DNA of 58,026 bases, counting the filler, from Sphacelaria rigidula (lineage: Eukaryota): the NCBI GenBank assembly GCA_964200075.2. It is 7 parts of 7 records of this genome, joined end to end, with 100 filler letters (N's around TTAATTAATTAA, not from the genome) between each part and the next. Parts side by side here need not be neighbours in the genome. Positions count along the whole stretch, not along the records: positions 8,305 to 16,508 come from CAXNAA020011926.1; positions 16,609 to 24,812 come from CAXNAA020011927.1; 5 more parts are not named here. The stretch is one strand, 5' to 3'. How positions within the stretch are numbered: the first letter of the stretch is position 1; each line of letters begins with the position of its first letter. The notes beneath the pieces were generated by a model. That model had not been told where the DNA came from and made no database searches. It saw only the letters and a program-made list of their open reading frames with translations. The position numbers were made by a program, and so were the translations under genes. Of this stretch, positions 12,902-24,912 are shown piece after piece.

Positions 12902-14244
12902 GTGACAAGATTTCTCCCCAGCATCACAATACACTGTCTGTACCGCAATGCTTAGTGTAGTGTTGAACTTCAACTTTGTGAAATGTCCGACCTTTAATCC
13001 CTCAGCCGCGAGGGTAGCCATTTTGGACCATGCATACTTTTTTTCGAGTGAAAAAAATTATGCCGATTCAACATATGACCTGTTCTCGCTGTCAAAGGGT
13101 TGGTTGAATGCTTAGAGTAGGGTATTATTTTACGCGGAGGGTAACCTGGGCACCCGGGTATCTCCTGCCGGGTATAGTCAGTACTCACGGATGTCCAAAG
13201 TATCAACTCTCACAATGAAGGAGCATTCCAAGGTACTCAGGGTCTCGACTCCTGAATGACCCTAGCTCCCGGATCCCAAAAGTTTATATGCCTTGAAAGT
13301 TAGGAGTTTGGTCTACAGTTGTGAACATGAACCCTCTAGAGAAATCCTCTCCAAACTTTCCCCATAACCTCGGGACCAGGCCCCTCATGATTCCACAGAC
13401 GCGCATGGCTGCCGAAGAACAAAGAGAATATCTAGCTCTAGCAATGACGTGAGAGACGCGCATGCGGAACACGTGCACCACCTCTGAGGGGTCGGATCAG
13501 GCTCGTTCACTCGCAGCATGCTCGGGGTAAAGCATCTCAAATTGTACTGATGCGGCATGTCAGTCACCATCCGGAGAGATCACCGACATTTATTTGTAGC
13601 ACAGTTTGTCGTCGTTTTTGATCGCATCACTTCCCCAGCGCAGCACATCACGTCCTTTTCATGGCTTCTCTGTCCTGGGCGCGCCATATACCGTGGGATG
13701 CAAAATCGCAGACTCTCCTTAAGGGATGGTACTGCCCTGCACTGCACTGTGCACGACTTAATCACGCACCAATAGCCCTGAGCACAAGCGCCGTGCTCTC
13801 CGAAGTCGCAACGCGCCCAAAGCACGCTCTATTTTGCGCATTTCGGCCTATTTTATCATTATTCCGCGAAGTATTATGTGTTGTGCTCTCCGCTACACGC
13901 GTAGTTTTCAACACAAGCGAAGCCAACAGAGAACCAACCTTCGCTGCAGGCTGGCATTTGTGTTCCCGATTAAATTGTGGCCGTGCTGCGATTCATCTGT
14001 CTGTGTCTGTGCATCAACCCTTGCTTGTTGAAAGCGATCAATGGTTTTGACGGCATGTATTCATTGATAGATTGATTGTCGTCGCACCTCAAGGCATGTG
14101 TTGGCAGGTAGCCCGTGGCGAGCTCACATGCTGTGATGGTGATTTTGTGGCCTCTTGCATCGCTCTTCCCGAGGCGGAGTATTAGTAGTCGTCGATGGTA
14201 CAAGCAAACGGTATTGGCATGTTCCGAACAAATGTAATGGAAGT

Positions 14245-14515
14245 AGATACCGCTGAGTTTTACCCTATACTTAATATTCCCATCATATGCCCTATACCTC
14301 ATCCAGACAAAATAGGTACCGCCGAGTTTGGGTTAGGGTAGCCGTACACCTACCTCATCCAGGGGCAATAGGTGCCGCTGAGTTATACCGTATACCTCAT
14401 CAAGTCGAAATAGGTGCCGCTGACTTATACCATATGACTCATTCAGCAGAAATAGGTACCGCTGAGTTCTGCCGTATACCCCATCCAGTCGAACTAGGTA
14501 CGACGCTGAGTTGCA
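14245..14515. repeat. Intronic 42-bp degenerate tandem repeat
   Basis: Units of the form aaataggt(a/g)ccgctgagtt..ccgtatacctcatccagtcg, about 5-6 copies. Confidence 0.8.
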
Positions 14516-15298
14516 CCAAACTGAACTAACTCGAGTTAAGGTGAGCTGGGTTGTTCGACGTGTGCAGGGTTGGATGCGTTTGTCCAGGTGACGTTTTCTC
14601 TAACCCTGCTCACAGCTGTGTCATGTAGGGATGTGTTAGATGTGTACTACCAGGCATCGAACTAGCATCACTACTATAGTACAGCGCCATCGCCGGGTGG
14701 TGTGCTGTGTGTCTAACACCTTTTGCGGGGTGCTTATCCTGGGAATATATATGCTTCTACAAGAATATTGCCCGGGGGCTGTATCACTGTGTTGTACTGG
14801 TCTTTACTGGTGTGCGTGTACAAGAACAGAGCCTGACGCGGTCAACCACGTGTGTTACTTCCATCTCTTCTGCGCATTCGCGGACCTGAGAAGCCAATAT
14901 TTTGGCGAAAGCATGTGATGATAAAATGGGAAAGTGTGAACCATGCCTGCACGCGAAAAAAAGTCCCCCTTGAGCTTGTCGGTGTAGACAATTTGGAGGT
15001 GGTGTGGGGGTGTTCAGTACCGAAAAAACAAGTTGTTCGCGATGCGTGGCTTCCGGCCAAAGGTATACCGTGTGTATGTATTCTTCTGTTTTAGATTATC
15101 GAAATCCGCTCAATAAGCGCTTCTATCTCATGTAAGAAATAATGGTGACGGTAATGGAAAGGGCAGCTGGCGTCTGTCACCACGAGTTTGAGATATGGGG
15201 CTAGCGTGCGGAAATAAATAGTAAGAAGAATGGACTTGCCAACGGTCCTGTACTGCGACCTCTCTCTCCCTCCCCTCCACCCCTCATACGACACACAG

Positions 15299-15565
15299 AT
15301 GGAACATGACACCAAGGAGAGACATCGGCAAGAGTTGGCGGCAGCGGAGGCAGCAGCAGAGGCGAAGGAGGAAGCCACCTCGACAGAAGCAGACGCCGGA
15401 GGCAATCTCAGCAGCGACAACAAAGCTCAGCTGTCGACATCTAGTGTCGGCGAGGGGGGATTAGTGGAGGATTTGAGCGCGATGTCCGTCGAAGATCGGG
15501 AGAAGGAAAAACGAAATCAGAAGCGAGCAAAGGCGCAAAGAAAGCGAGAACGACAGCGGGAAAAG
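15299..15565 (+). CDS. OTUD6B: OTUD6B/Otu2-like, next exon (MEHDTKERHRQEL...KRAKAQRKRERQREK)
   Basis: Polypyrimidine acceptor ...acacacag|ATG and donor AAG|gtaatc; 267 nt, phase 0/0. It has the ExxxRHxxEL and KAQ(K/R)(R/K)RE motifs that precede the OTU domain, but the OTU domain itself is not in this slice. Confidence 0.8.
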
Positions 15566-16332
15566 GTAATCCATATATCCGCCAGAACGCAACCCACAGC
15601 TACGCTCGTGGAATTGAAGACTTTCCGCCTGTGGACGATTGTGCCCTCTCTTTTAATTTTTCGTGCGGTATCATCATGTGCCTTGCCCCCATCATTATTG
15701 TGGCACTGCTGAACCCTCTCCTGGAGCACGCGCAGATATAGCAGATGAATACCAGAGCCTGATCTTCGTTTTCCAAGCAGAAACGAGGCCGAGGTAATAG
15801 ATGGACACGATTGAATCTCGTGGGTGGTGAAGAGGGAGGCTTGGCTTTCGCGCTTTCATATGTCTTGATACCTTTTTTTCGCGGAGGGGAGTTGCTCAAC
15901 GTTACTTGAAACATGTCTAGAAAGCTGTTCTGAAATGTGAATGGACGATTTTTACACACGGGTTACTATCAGCATTGCACACCATTTTGTTTTGTTCCGA
16001 CCTCCCACCACGCGATGTCAACTTTGGAACAGTTTATAGTACTGCGACAGAAGAATACTGATGAGAATCAATGATGCTCGACAATAAACTGGAAGGTAGG
16101 TGGTGGGGGCATATGTTCCCTAGACAGTGTGACAGTGTGGCAGTGTGACAGTGTGGATGGACTCTTTCCGAGGACGCGGAGGGGTTGAGATCAGCACACA
16201 AAAAGAGTATCGAAAAGCTGAACCGAAATTGGGAGCTTCCTTCTATATTTTATTATATTTTTGTTCTTTTCATTTTATTTTGTTTAGTCTGCTTTGTCCG
16301 TCATGTTTTTCTTTCGTCCCCCCCCCCGTCTC

Positions 16333-16398
16333 CGTCCCCGTCCCGAAAGGGATGCGTGGTCAATGGTCAAACGACTAAGGCAAGCAACAAATAAGTAC
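16333..16398 (+). mobile_element. 5'-truncated LINE 3' tail (family 1) between C-runs
   Basis: cgaaagggatgcgtggtcaatggtcaaacgactaaggcaagcaacaaataagtac with poly(C) on both sides. A family-2 fragment follows at ~16424-16475. Confidence 0.75.
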
Positions 16399-16508
16399 GC
16401 CCTCCCCCCCCCCCTCTTCCGCGTAGCCTGGTCCGGCGAGAACCCGGCGTGCTCCGTCCCGGCTTTGTAGGGGCGGACCCCCGATGGGGTTGGCGTCGCT
16501 TGGCGATG

Positions 16509-16608
16509 NNNNNNNNNNNNNNNNNNNNNNNNNNNNNNNNNNNNNNNNNNNNTTAATTAATTAANNNNNNNNNNNNNNNNNNNNNNNNNNNNNNNNNNNN
16601 NNNNNNNN
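16509..16608. other. Artificial linker
   Basis: Identical to 8205-8304. Confidence 0.98.
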
Positions 16609-16724
16609 GTTGGCGCTTCATCTTTCCTGCGAACCCAACTTTGGGATGATCGGAAGAGTTTCAATGCACAAACGATTAAAAGCCTATGACGGACTTTACT
16701 TATGGGACAGAGGAAGTACATATA

Positions 16725-17314
16725 CAAGATTCCCCTTCTGGAGGTCGGTACTGGCCTCGGGGGTCACGCAAGTCGAAAATATATCAGTGTTATCCCTTTT
16801 TCATAATAGAGGTATCTCAAACTCGGCTCCCGGTATTCTGGTTTTGTTCTACTGTTTCAAGTGAAAGTAATGGCGGTTCATAAGATTATGAGACCCTTTC
16901 ACCGCCAGGTCGGGTCCTCCTATGAATCGCGATTACTTTCACTTGAAAAATAGTACACAACTGAGAGCCACCGACACTTTCTACGATAGCCCCCCCCCCC
17001 CAAAAGTGCATGGTTTTGGGAGGCCAAAACGTCACGTAAATCGAAATGGGAAAATCCGAGCACAATCAGAAGCTGGGAATTCCCACTCTTGGGTTCGTTC
17101 TAGCCAATGTCGCCATGAAGCGCTGTATGGCCATTTTTTCGTGACACTTTTAGCTGGTTTTGGGGGGGGGCTATCGTAGAAAGTTTCCACCCAATCACCT
17201 AGGATACCGGGAGCCAAGTTTGAGAAACCCTATAATGAAAAAAGAATAACACTGATATAGTTTCGACTTGCGTTACCCCCGAGGCCAGTACCGATCGCCC
17301 GAAGGGGAACCTTG
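16725..17314. mobile_element. Tc1/mariner-like MITE (TA-flanked) with an internal second inverted repeat
   Basis: ta|caagattccccttc ... gaaggggaaccttg|ta with ~110-bp arms. Inner IR actttctacgatagccccc (16976) pairs with gggggctatcgtagaaagt (17184). The same left end occurs at 49472. Confidence 0.8.
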
Positions 17315-17391
17315 TATATGTATAACATTCCATCGATTAAACACACAAAGTGGTCAAAATTTCAAAAGTTCTCTCATCGTTCGAATTATTC

Positions 17392-19594
17392 CACACCCTG
17401 GACAATACAGTATGTTTCCAATATATACATTAGTCCATCATATTGGAATTTTGTGGTATATTGCCGGTGTAATATATATATATATTGGTACCCTTAGACT
17501 GCACACATATTGCGCGCCCAATATATATTGTTGTCGTTGGACTGCAAACATATTGCCCGCCCGATGTATATTGGTACTATTGGGTTCAACACATATTGTC
17601 CCATCAATATATATTGCGGCAGCGTGGGCGACAGCATATTGGGCGACCAATATATAAGGTTCGTATTGGTGAGAATATGTTGATCGGTCAATATATATAG
17701 TGGGTCTGCGTGGGTGCCAATGTGTCGGTCGGTCAATACATATTGGACATTATAAGTATGGTGTACGCTTCAAGAAAGGTCCAGACGCGATGGATGGCGG
17801 AGCCCGTGTAGATTGGGAAAAACTTCGAAGGGAGCCGCAGAAGTCCGCGCTCATTACTGCCGGGAGTTGTCGAATGAGTTTGACATATACATGCATATAT
17901 ATACTGGTCAGAAAATATGGTGACAGAAGAAGCGACCCGGTATATATTCCTCCTGATACCTATCTGGCCACCGGTGCGGGGCCGCCCATCCCCTATTACA
18001 TAATGTAATCAGTATACCCTGGCTAAACATCACAATGACAGAAAGCGCGGGTCGATATGCGCCTTTGGTACCCCTGCGGTCACCGGGGCTGTGTTGCTTA
18101 TACCCTGGACAACACAATATGTTCCAATATGATACCAATACTTTGTATTGGAGCGAGCTCAAATGTTGTTCTTTCAATATATATATATATATATTGTGTT
18201 GGGATGTCCTCGGAGACATTGAAGCAACAACATATATTGCTCGTGTCATGATCATGAAGTAATGTATGACGATATATATTGAATAGGTGTTTGCTCCGGG
18301 AATAAAGTATTCAATGTATATTGTGCATGCCCACCGTGTATGTATTGAAGTGCCAATATATATTGAATCGAAGCGATGCGTCGCATATTGTTACCATAGT
18401 ATATATTGAACGCAAACCATGCAAAAGTATGTTTTTTCCAATATATATATATTGCGCACGCTCATCGCATAGCTATCGTGCAGCCGAGTAATGTCGAGAT
18501 AGCCAAAACGTGCACCGGAGACCGTCCGACATACCGGCTGCGACCCCACTATTACACGGGTGGCCACTGGGGTCTGTAACCTGGCCATTTTGGGACCTTA
18601 TCCACCTCTTGTAAGGCCCGCGGATTGGGTAGACAACTGAGGAGCATTCGCACAGCATGGACAGGATCGAAACAAAACATGTCCCAGTCTATAGGCCGGT
18701 GACTCCCCTGTAGACTGGAGCATGTTTTGTTTTGAACCTGTCCATGCTGTGCGAATACTCTCAAGTGGTCCACCTAATCCGCAGACCTTACCAAATGTGG
18801 ATAAGGTCCCAAAACGACCAGGCTACAGACCCCAGTGGCCACCCGTGTAGGCTCGTTTTCAGCAAGTTCGCCCACATGAGAGGTGTGTAGCAGTCCGAAA
18901 TCGGCTATAACACCCGAATGGGTCGCGTCGTGCAGCACGGAACCGGCTCCAACGGAATGTATCATCATCGTTTGCGTGCACTTTTTGGGTCGGTTCGGGG
19001 GGGGGCTATCTCAGCAGCAGTTAGCCAATATATATTGAACACGCTTGCGGAGGACATCTTGAGCGTTTTCGGCACGTTGCGATACATCTTTCAATGGCGC
19101 CCGCCAACATAGAGTTGCCCACCATACTAATTACAATACACTTTCCAATCTACATGTTGAAAATAGAAATATATTGCTACAGAACACCAGTATGTATTGT
19201 GACCGTCGGTTCCCTCGTGTATTGTCCGCCCAATATATATTGGACGCATTGACGCACGACATATTGGAGCGGCAATATATATTGGCTCTTCGGCTGTTGA
19301 ATATATTGAATGATCAATATATATTGACCTCGTGTGGCAGCCAGTATATTACTCGACAAATACATATTGGTGCCTTCTCGCGCCAACATATTACTCGGCC
19401 AATATATATTGTTCGGTCGATATACATGGCATGTCGCGAGCCTTGACATATTGATGGCAATATAAATATATATATATATATTGATCCTCTCTCGTGCCAT
19501 CATATTGCTCGCCCAATAGATACTGACCACCTGACGCGTCGACATATTAAGCGGGCAATATATATATATTACATGTTATATTGTCCGGTGTGTG
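17392..19594. mobile_element. 2.2-kb non-autonomous TIR element, CACAC termini, 8-bp TSD
   Basis: TIR cacaccctggacaata / tattgtccggtgtgtg. TSD aattattc at 17384-17391 and 19595-19602. Dozens of caatatatattg-like palindromic subterminal motifs. Other left ends at 24741 and 49327. Confidence 0.85.
18555..18847. mobile_element. Nested palindromic Tc1/mariner-like MITE (TA TSD)
   Basis: ta|cacgggtggccactggggtctgta ... tacagaccccagtggccacccgtg|ta. The arms pair almost to the centre. Confidence 0.88.
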
Positions 19595-21582
19595 AATTAT
19601 TCACACGAAAACGGCGAAATTCGGATACCAGGTTCAACCTCACCGCGGTGTTGAACCCCATTGTCGAAGACACCCAGAACAAATATCGGAGATTTGTCTG
19701 GACGTGATCGGTTTCCGAGAAGATGAGCAGCTTCCGAGAAAAATGCAAGATTGGCCAAAACAATTGCGACCACCGGAGAAACGCACAGGTTTTCTGGAAC
19801 CGTTTTAACGAGTACAGCAAAGCATTCCGAGGTGTCGAATTTTGCCCAGATCTTTTTTAGGGCATAAACCAACGTAGGAGCTTCAAAAAAGCATTTTTTC
19901 ATAAGTTTATTTTTTTCTGCCCTAAGGAGCAGCCATAGAACCGTCATGAACGGATTTTTACTATTCATACGAAATGTAGGACAGTTCCGGAAAGTTACAA
20001 CGTTTCCTGGGAAATGAGATAACATGCTTCTGATTGGGTTCGGCGTATAGGCCAAATTCGAAAATTTACTTTTTAGGAATAGTACAACGCATTTCGAGTA
20101 CGAGACAACGGTAGTGGGGTTTCACAGTCCCGCAGGATACTTTCTGGACAGCAGAGCCGTCAAAATTGCACGACAGATGAAAGTAAGAATGTTCAGAATA
20201 CTGGCAGACCCGCGAATCGATCCAACCGCCCTTCAATTCCACCGAAGCACTGACCGTAGACACCAACACAGCCACACAAAAACAGAGCAGTGCGCAGACT
20301 CTTCCCCATGACAAGAAATCAGAAATTAGCCTGACTTGCATTTTATCTGCTAGCGAACTTCATGTCTCTGGCCAGGATACCAGAGGAAAGGGTCAACTTT
20401 CTCAAGTTCAACGCAGTCCCAAGCCGGGAGACCCTCCTAAAATTTCTACAACCCTTGCTGCGTTGACAAGACTTCTCATCACAGCAGCGATTGGTTTCAG
20501 ATCCTTACAACTCTTCTAGAGACACGCAGCTACAATCCCGCCTACTACTGTTGTGAATGTTGATACACTACCGATACATATGTGCATGTTGCATGCGTGC
20601 GTGCGTCTCTGTGAGTTCAGGTGGGGACATACCGTCAGTTGACGGTGCTTCAGTGTGTAGTGACGGCTGGTGTACACATGCGCACACACCCGTGCAGTGG
20701 TAGTGCATCAGCATAGCAGTGATTGGTTTTGGACACACAAAGAACTCGTAGAGAAATGCACCTACAAACCAAGTTGCTGACCACTCCTGAGGCTGCAGCT
20801 GTGAATAGCCCTGGAGGTCACGGCCGCAACAAGAATAGCAGCCGTTACCAGTTCCCAATATTGCACAACCTGGGCAAAACAGTACATACGTACAAAGTGT
20901 ACTGGGCACAGTTTCATCACATTTCTCAGCTATGTACTTGCATCAGTGCAAATAGGTGTGCTGTCCTGGTGATATGCCCTCCTCTGCCGGCTGGAGAGGA
21001 AAGTTTTGTCAGATCTCCGTCGCTTTCTTGGGCACTACCAACTCTCGTACACTGGCAAGCACCACGAGGCACACACTGCCCAACAGCGCAAGAAATGACA
21101 ACTTGGTTTGAATTTCTTCCAGATGAGAAATCTTGTTTCAGCCTGCCGGCAAGGTATTAGCGGTACGGAAAACCCCACGCTTCATATTCGGACGAAGGAT
21201 CGAAAACAAATCCATGCTTCCAAAATTCTTCGAATATGGAAGAAGCTTATAAAAGCAGAACCCGTTAAAGCTGCCCTCAGAGCTGTAGGGACAAATCTTA
21301 TGAGGCTTTCAAGCGTACGCATCCACCCGCGGCCATTCGGCTGCCCTCGAGAATCCTTGAGTTGACGTTCCAAATGTATTGCAACATGCTGACCATTATA
21401 CTTCCCTCCTAGAAGATGGATACGGCATTCGCAATCCGCTAGACGGTTTTCAACATCGGAGTCTCCCTCGAGGGGTTCGTTGGAAAGGCCCATGTTATGT
21501 GACACTGTTTCCAAGGACAGACTGACTACTGTCGCACTGGACAGTAGTGTACAGCAGAGATGCACCGGTGGTCGTTAGACCA

Positions 21583-23281
21583 GACACGCGGCCATTCGGC
21601 TACCTTGTAGAGGAATTTCCAAACGTCATCCTCGGTTCCGTCCGTTTTGAATTCCCCTCTAGAGGATCTTGGACAGTCGTAATCCTTTAGAGGATTTTCA
21701 ATGTTGGGGCCCTCGAAGGTCTGTGTCAATATTAAAAATCCCTGGATTGCTTTTGGAGGCACAAGTGCAATGGGAAATCTGGAATTTCTACTGCCTCTGC
21801 TATTTGAAATAAATCCTAATTCCAAATTATTGGGATTGAGCAAAAAGGATTTCATCGAACAGCAGAGGCTGTACAAATCCCATATACACTCGCAGATGGA
21901 ATTTGTGCACCAGGAGCCATTCGAAATAAATCCTCATTTTGCCCGCCAATACCTGAAATTGGGCAAAAAAAGGACTTATTTGCGGCCAGCTTCTGCTGTT
22001 CAAGTCCCACATACTGCACCGTATCAGTGGATGAGAATCGAGAGACAGCAGAAATTGTTGAAAACTCGTCCTCTTGCCCCCCAATTCATATACCAATTGG
22101 GCAAGGGGATCGAAGTCTTCAACAGCCTAGGCTGGTTACAAATCCCATACACTGATTGCGAGTGTATGTCCACGTTGCCGCGCTGTACAGGTTTGGCTAG
22201 TGGTAATAATGAAGAGCCTGCATGAACCTCTGAGATCTATATATAGCGGTTTTCAGACCCCGTCGTCCCTAGCCTACCATAAAACGCGAAAAAATGTCAT
22301 CGCAGTTTATTCTGGACGTTGACGACGATATGACCATCACAACAATTAGCACGGTTTGGTGCTGTACTGAACTGTACATATACCGTGGAGGACAGTACCA
22401 TATCGTGCTTATACATGTGCGGTGGAATATACTGCAGAGTTAGTGCGGCATATGCACCACGCATGGCTAAACAAGGTAGATGCCTGTAACTTTGGGTGCA
22501 TGGGGGTGTTATATCCGTCAGCTACTGAGTAGACATCACGACGTCCATTTTTCCAGCATGCTCACCGCTGCAGTCAGCAGGACGTGAAAGGGAAGCAGGC
22601 GAAGTACAGTACAGACAGCGTAGGACTATATGTATCTTTTCTGCTAACAGTGCGATGTAAAAAGTACTTGAGCAGTGTGCGCAGCTTTGTCTGCCTGCAC
22701 TATAATGTCCATGGATGTGTATGCAATATTAGCCACCGGTTATTGCCCGCACCTTTCGGTATATGTGGACGCACCAGCCGGGATCACACAGGAGGAAGGT
22801 CAATGTGAACGGCAGGTGATACAGATATACCTGGCGTGATGGCCCATACCATAAGATTGCTGGGGTCCCAAAGGTGCCCAGAAAGCAGTCAGGACACAAG
22901 AGCACAAGTGTAAATGTACACGCTGGAGGATGCTGTACAGCTATGCCCTCCGGAGTCGCAGCAAATGCCTTAGAGGCCATAGTCAGTCCCTCCTCCAGAG
23001 GAATGATGCTCATATTTCCCTCTGCTGTTCATATTTCCCTCTAAGGGACGTTCACGAAAAGCACGTGCTACAGAGCAACATATTTTTGGTGCTCTGGAAG
23101 GACTCAGACCTCAGAAGTCACTGAAGCATCAGATGCCCTCCAGAGGATTCGTTTTATGACCGGAACCGAGTATGAAATACCTTCTAGAGGGTATTTTTAT
23201 CGTCGGGGGGGTTACTTTACTCTCGAGAGGATGAAAATCGCGATAGAGGATTATAATGAGGTAGCCGAATGGCTGCGTGTG
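21583..23281. mobile_element. Possible longer member of the CACACGCGGCCATT TIR family (or two separate end fragments)
   Basis: gacacgcggccattcggctacc ... gaggtagccgaatggctgcgtgtg, with cct(c/t)(c/t)agagg subterminal motifs at both ends. No TSD found. Confidence 0.5.
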
Positions 23282-24140
23282 CACTTGCTTCTGCGTGAGA
23301 AGAAGGGAGAGGATGGTTTCATGGGCGCTTATGTGACCAATACAGAATAAAATAACAGTCTCTTTTCAAAGCAGAGAGCTAAAGGGAATAAAGGAGAGTG
23401 ACAGCGCTGGTGGCCGAGGTGGCTGAGTCCAAGCATCCTCCATCCTGGAACGAAAAGCCAAATCGATACACGTACGTGAGACCAAACAATGTCATCCTAG
23501 TTCAACGCTGACGTTATAGGAAGTCTTGCCAGCTCTTTACATCAAATCTACTGCCTAGTGATCTTGATACTGTACACTTTTGTAGAACAAACCATGACAG
23601 CACACTTTTTACTGCAGTATTACATGAGCCATGCAGTCGAACGTGGAAGGATATCTTCAATCAAAGATGCACATGAAACGGCACTAGATTGCTCGTGGTG
23701 TCCTTAAACAGTCACAAGTTGTACCGCTATTTGCTGTAGAGTCGAAATCCAAAACACGGAACAAACAGCCAGGTTACAGGCTGTGTAAAACTTCCTACAG
23801 GATTGTGCCAATGTCTGAATCCTCTGGATTGTTTCAGAAAGCACTCGTGCTGTAGAAAACCCATACTGGCCACAGCACATGAAGGATTTGTACGGCAGAG
23901 GCTGCTCGAGATCTTTGTTTCGCCCAATTTCAATAGATTGGAAAAACGAGGAGTTTTGAACAGCCTTCACTGCGCAAACCCCATGTACTGGCTGGCCAAT
24001 ATATAGGGTTTGTATAGTAGACGTTGTTTGAGAATCCTCGTTTAGCCCACCCATTCACTCAAATTGGGCAATTGGATTTCTACAGCAGAGGTTGTTCAAC
24101 ATCCTTGTTTTGCCCACCAGTTTATTCAAGTTGGGCAAAA
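21770..24140. repeat. Degenerate ~65-bp repeat in two clusters (~21770-22110 and ~23880-24140)
   Basis: Plus-strand units such as ggatttctacagcagaggttgttcaacatccttgttttgcccaccagtttattcaagttgggcaaa recur about 6 times. Confidence 0.55.
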
Positions 24141-24466
24141 GGAGAACCCTCCAACTCCCTCCGCTGTAGAAATCTCACAATCTGGCGTACAGTATATACA
24201 CGGATATACTATAAAACAAGCCAATAATACCTCTTTCCCAGTATGAAGGCTTCAGGGCTATACACATTCCCTTTACACCGTAGTCTAGGCATTACAAAAC
24301 GAACTCTAACTCTCACCAAAAAGCAACTTAAACTTCAGTCGGGACAAAAGAGTCGTGAAGCTGGTGGAGGACCGTGATTTGGAAAACACTACAGTGCGTA
24401 TTTGACTATATTAAACTCTTAATTGTAGCGTCTGGATAACGGTTTTGCTTGAAACGCTTTAGTCAC

Positions 24467-24682
24467 GAGATTCAGAACGTAGTTTCAGATTCAGAGTCAG
24501 ACCCGAAACAATNNNNNNNNNNTTGTGCGGTATCTCACCAACCAGACCGCCGAATTCCTCGAATGGGGTACTGTACGGTAGCTGCATGCACAGCACGTGT
24601 GCTCCAACAACAACAACAAAAAGGTTGCCTGTTAGGAACGCTAGGGCATCCACTCTGAATCTGAAACTACGTTCTGAATCTC
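24467..24682. mobile_element. MITE-like element with perfect 31-bp inverted ends (contains a 10-N gap at 24513-24522)
   Basis: gagattcagaacgtagtttcagattcagagt pairs with actctgaatctgaaactacgttctgaatctc. Confidence 0.7.
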
Positions 24683-24812
24683 ACGAATATAGTGTTTTGA
24701 GTAGTGTGAATAACCCTGGAGCCTGAATGCTGGAAAGTATCACACCCTGGACAATAGACGGCATCTATTGCGATAGCAATATAATCTGCTTCAGTAGATG
24801 CCAATATTGCCG

Positions 24813-24912
24813 NNNNNNNNNNNNNNNNNNNNNNNNNNNNNNNNNNNNNNNNNNNNTTAATTAATTAANNNNNNNNNNNNNNNNNNNNNNNNNNNNNNNN
24901 NNNNNNNNNNNN
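24813..24912. other. Artificial linker
   Basis: Identical to 8205-8304. Confidence 0.98.

Noticed and set aside
20700..24250. Endogenous phaeovirus (EsV-1-like) genes
   Set aside because: There are no long intact ORFs and no recognisable NCLDV core or EsV-1-7-type repeat motifs.
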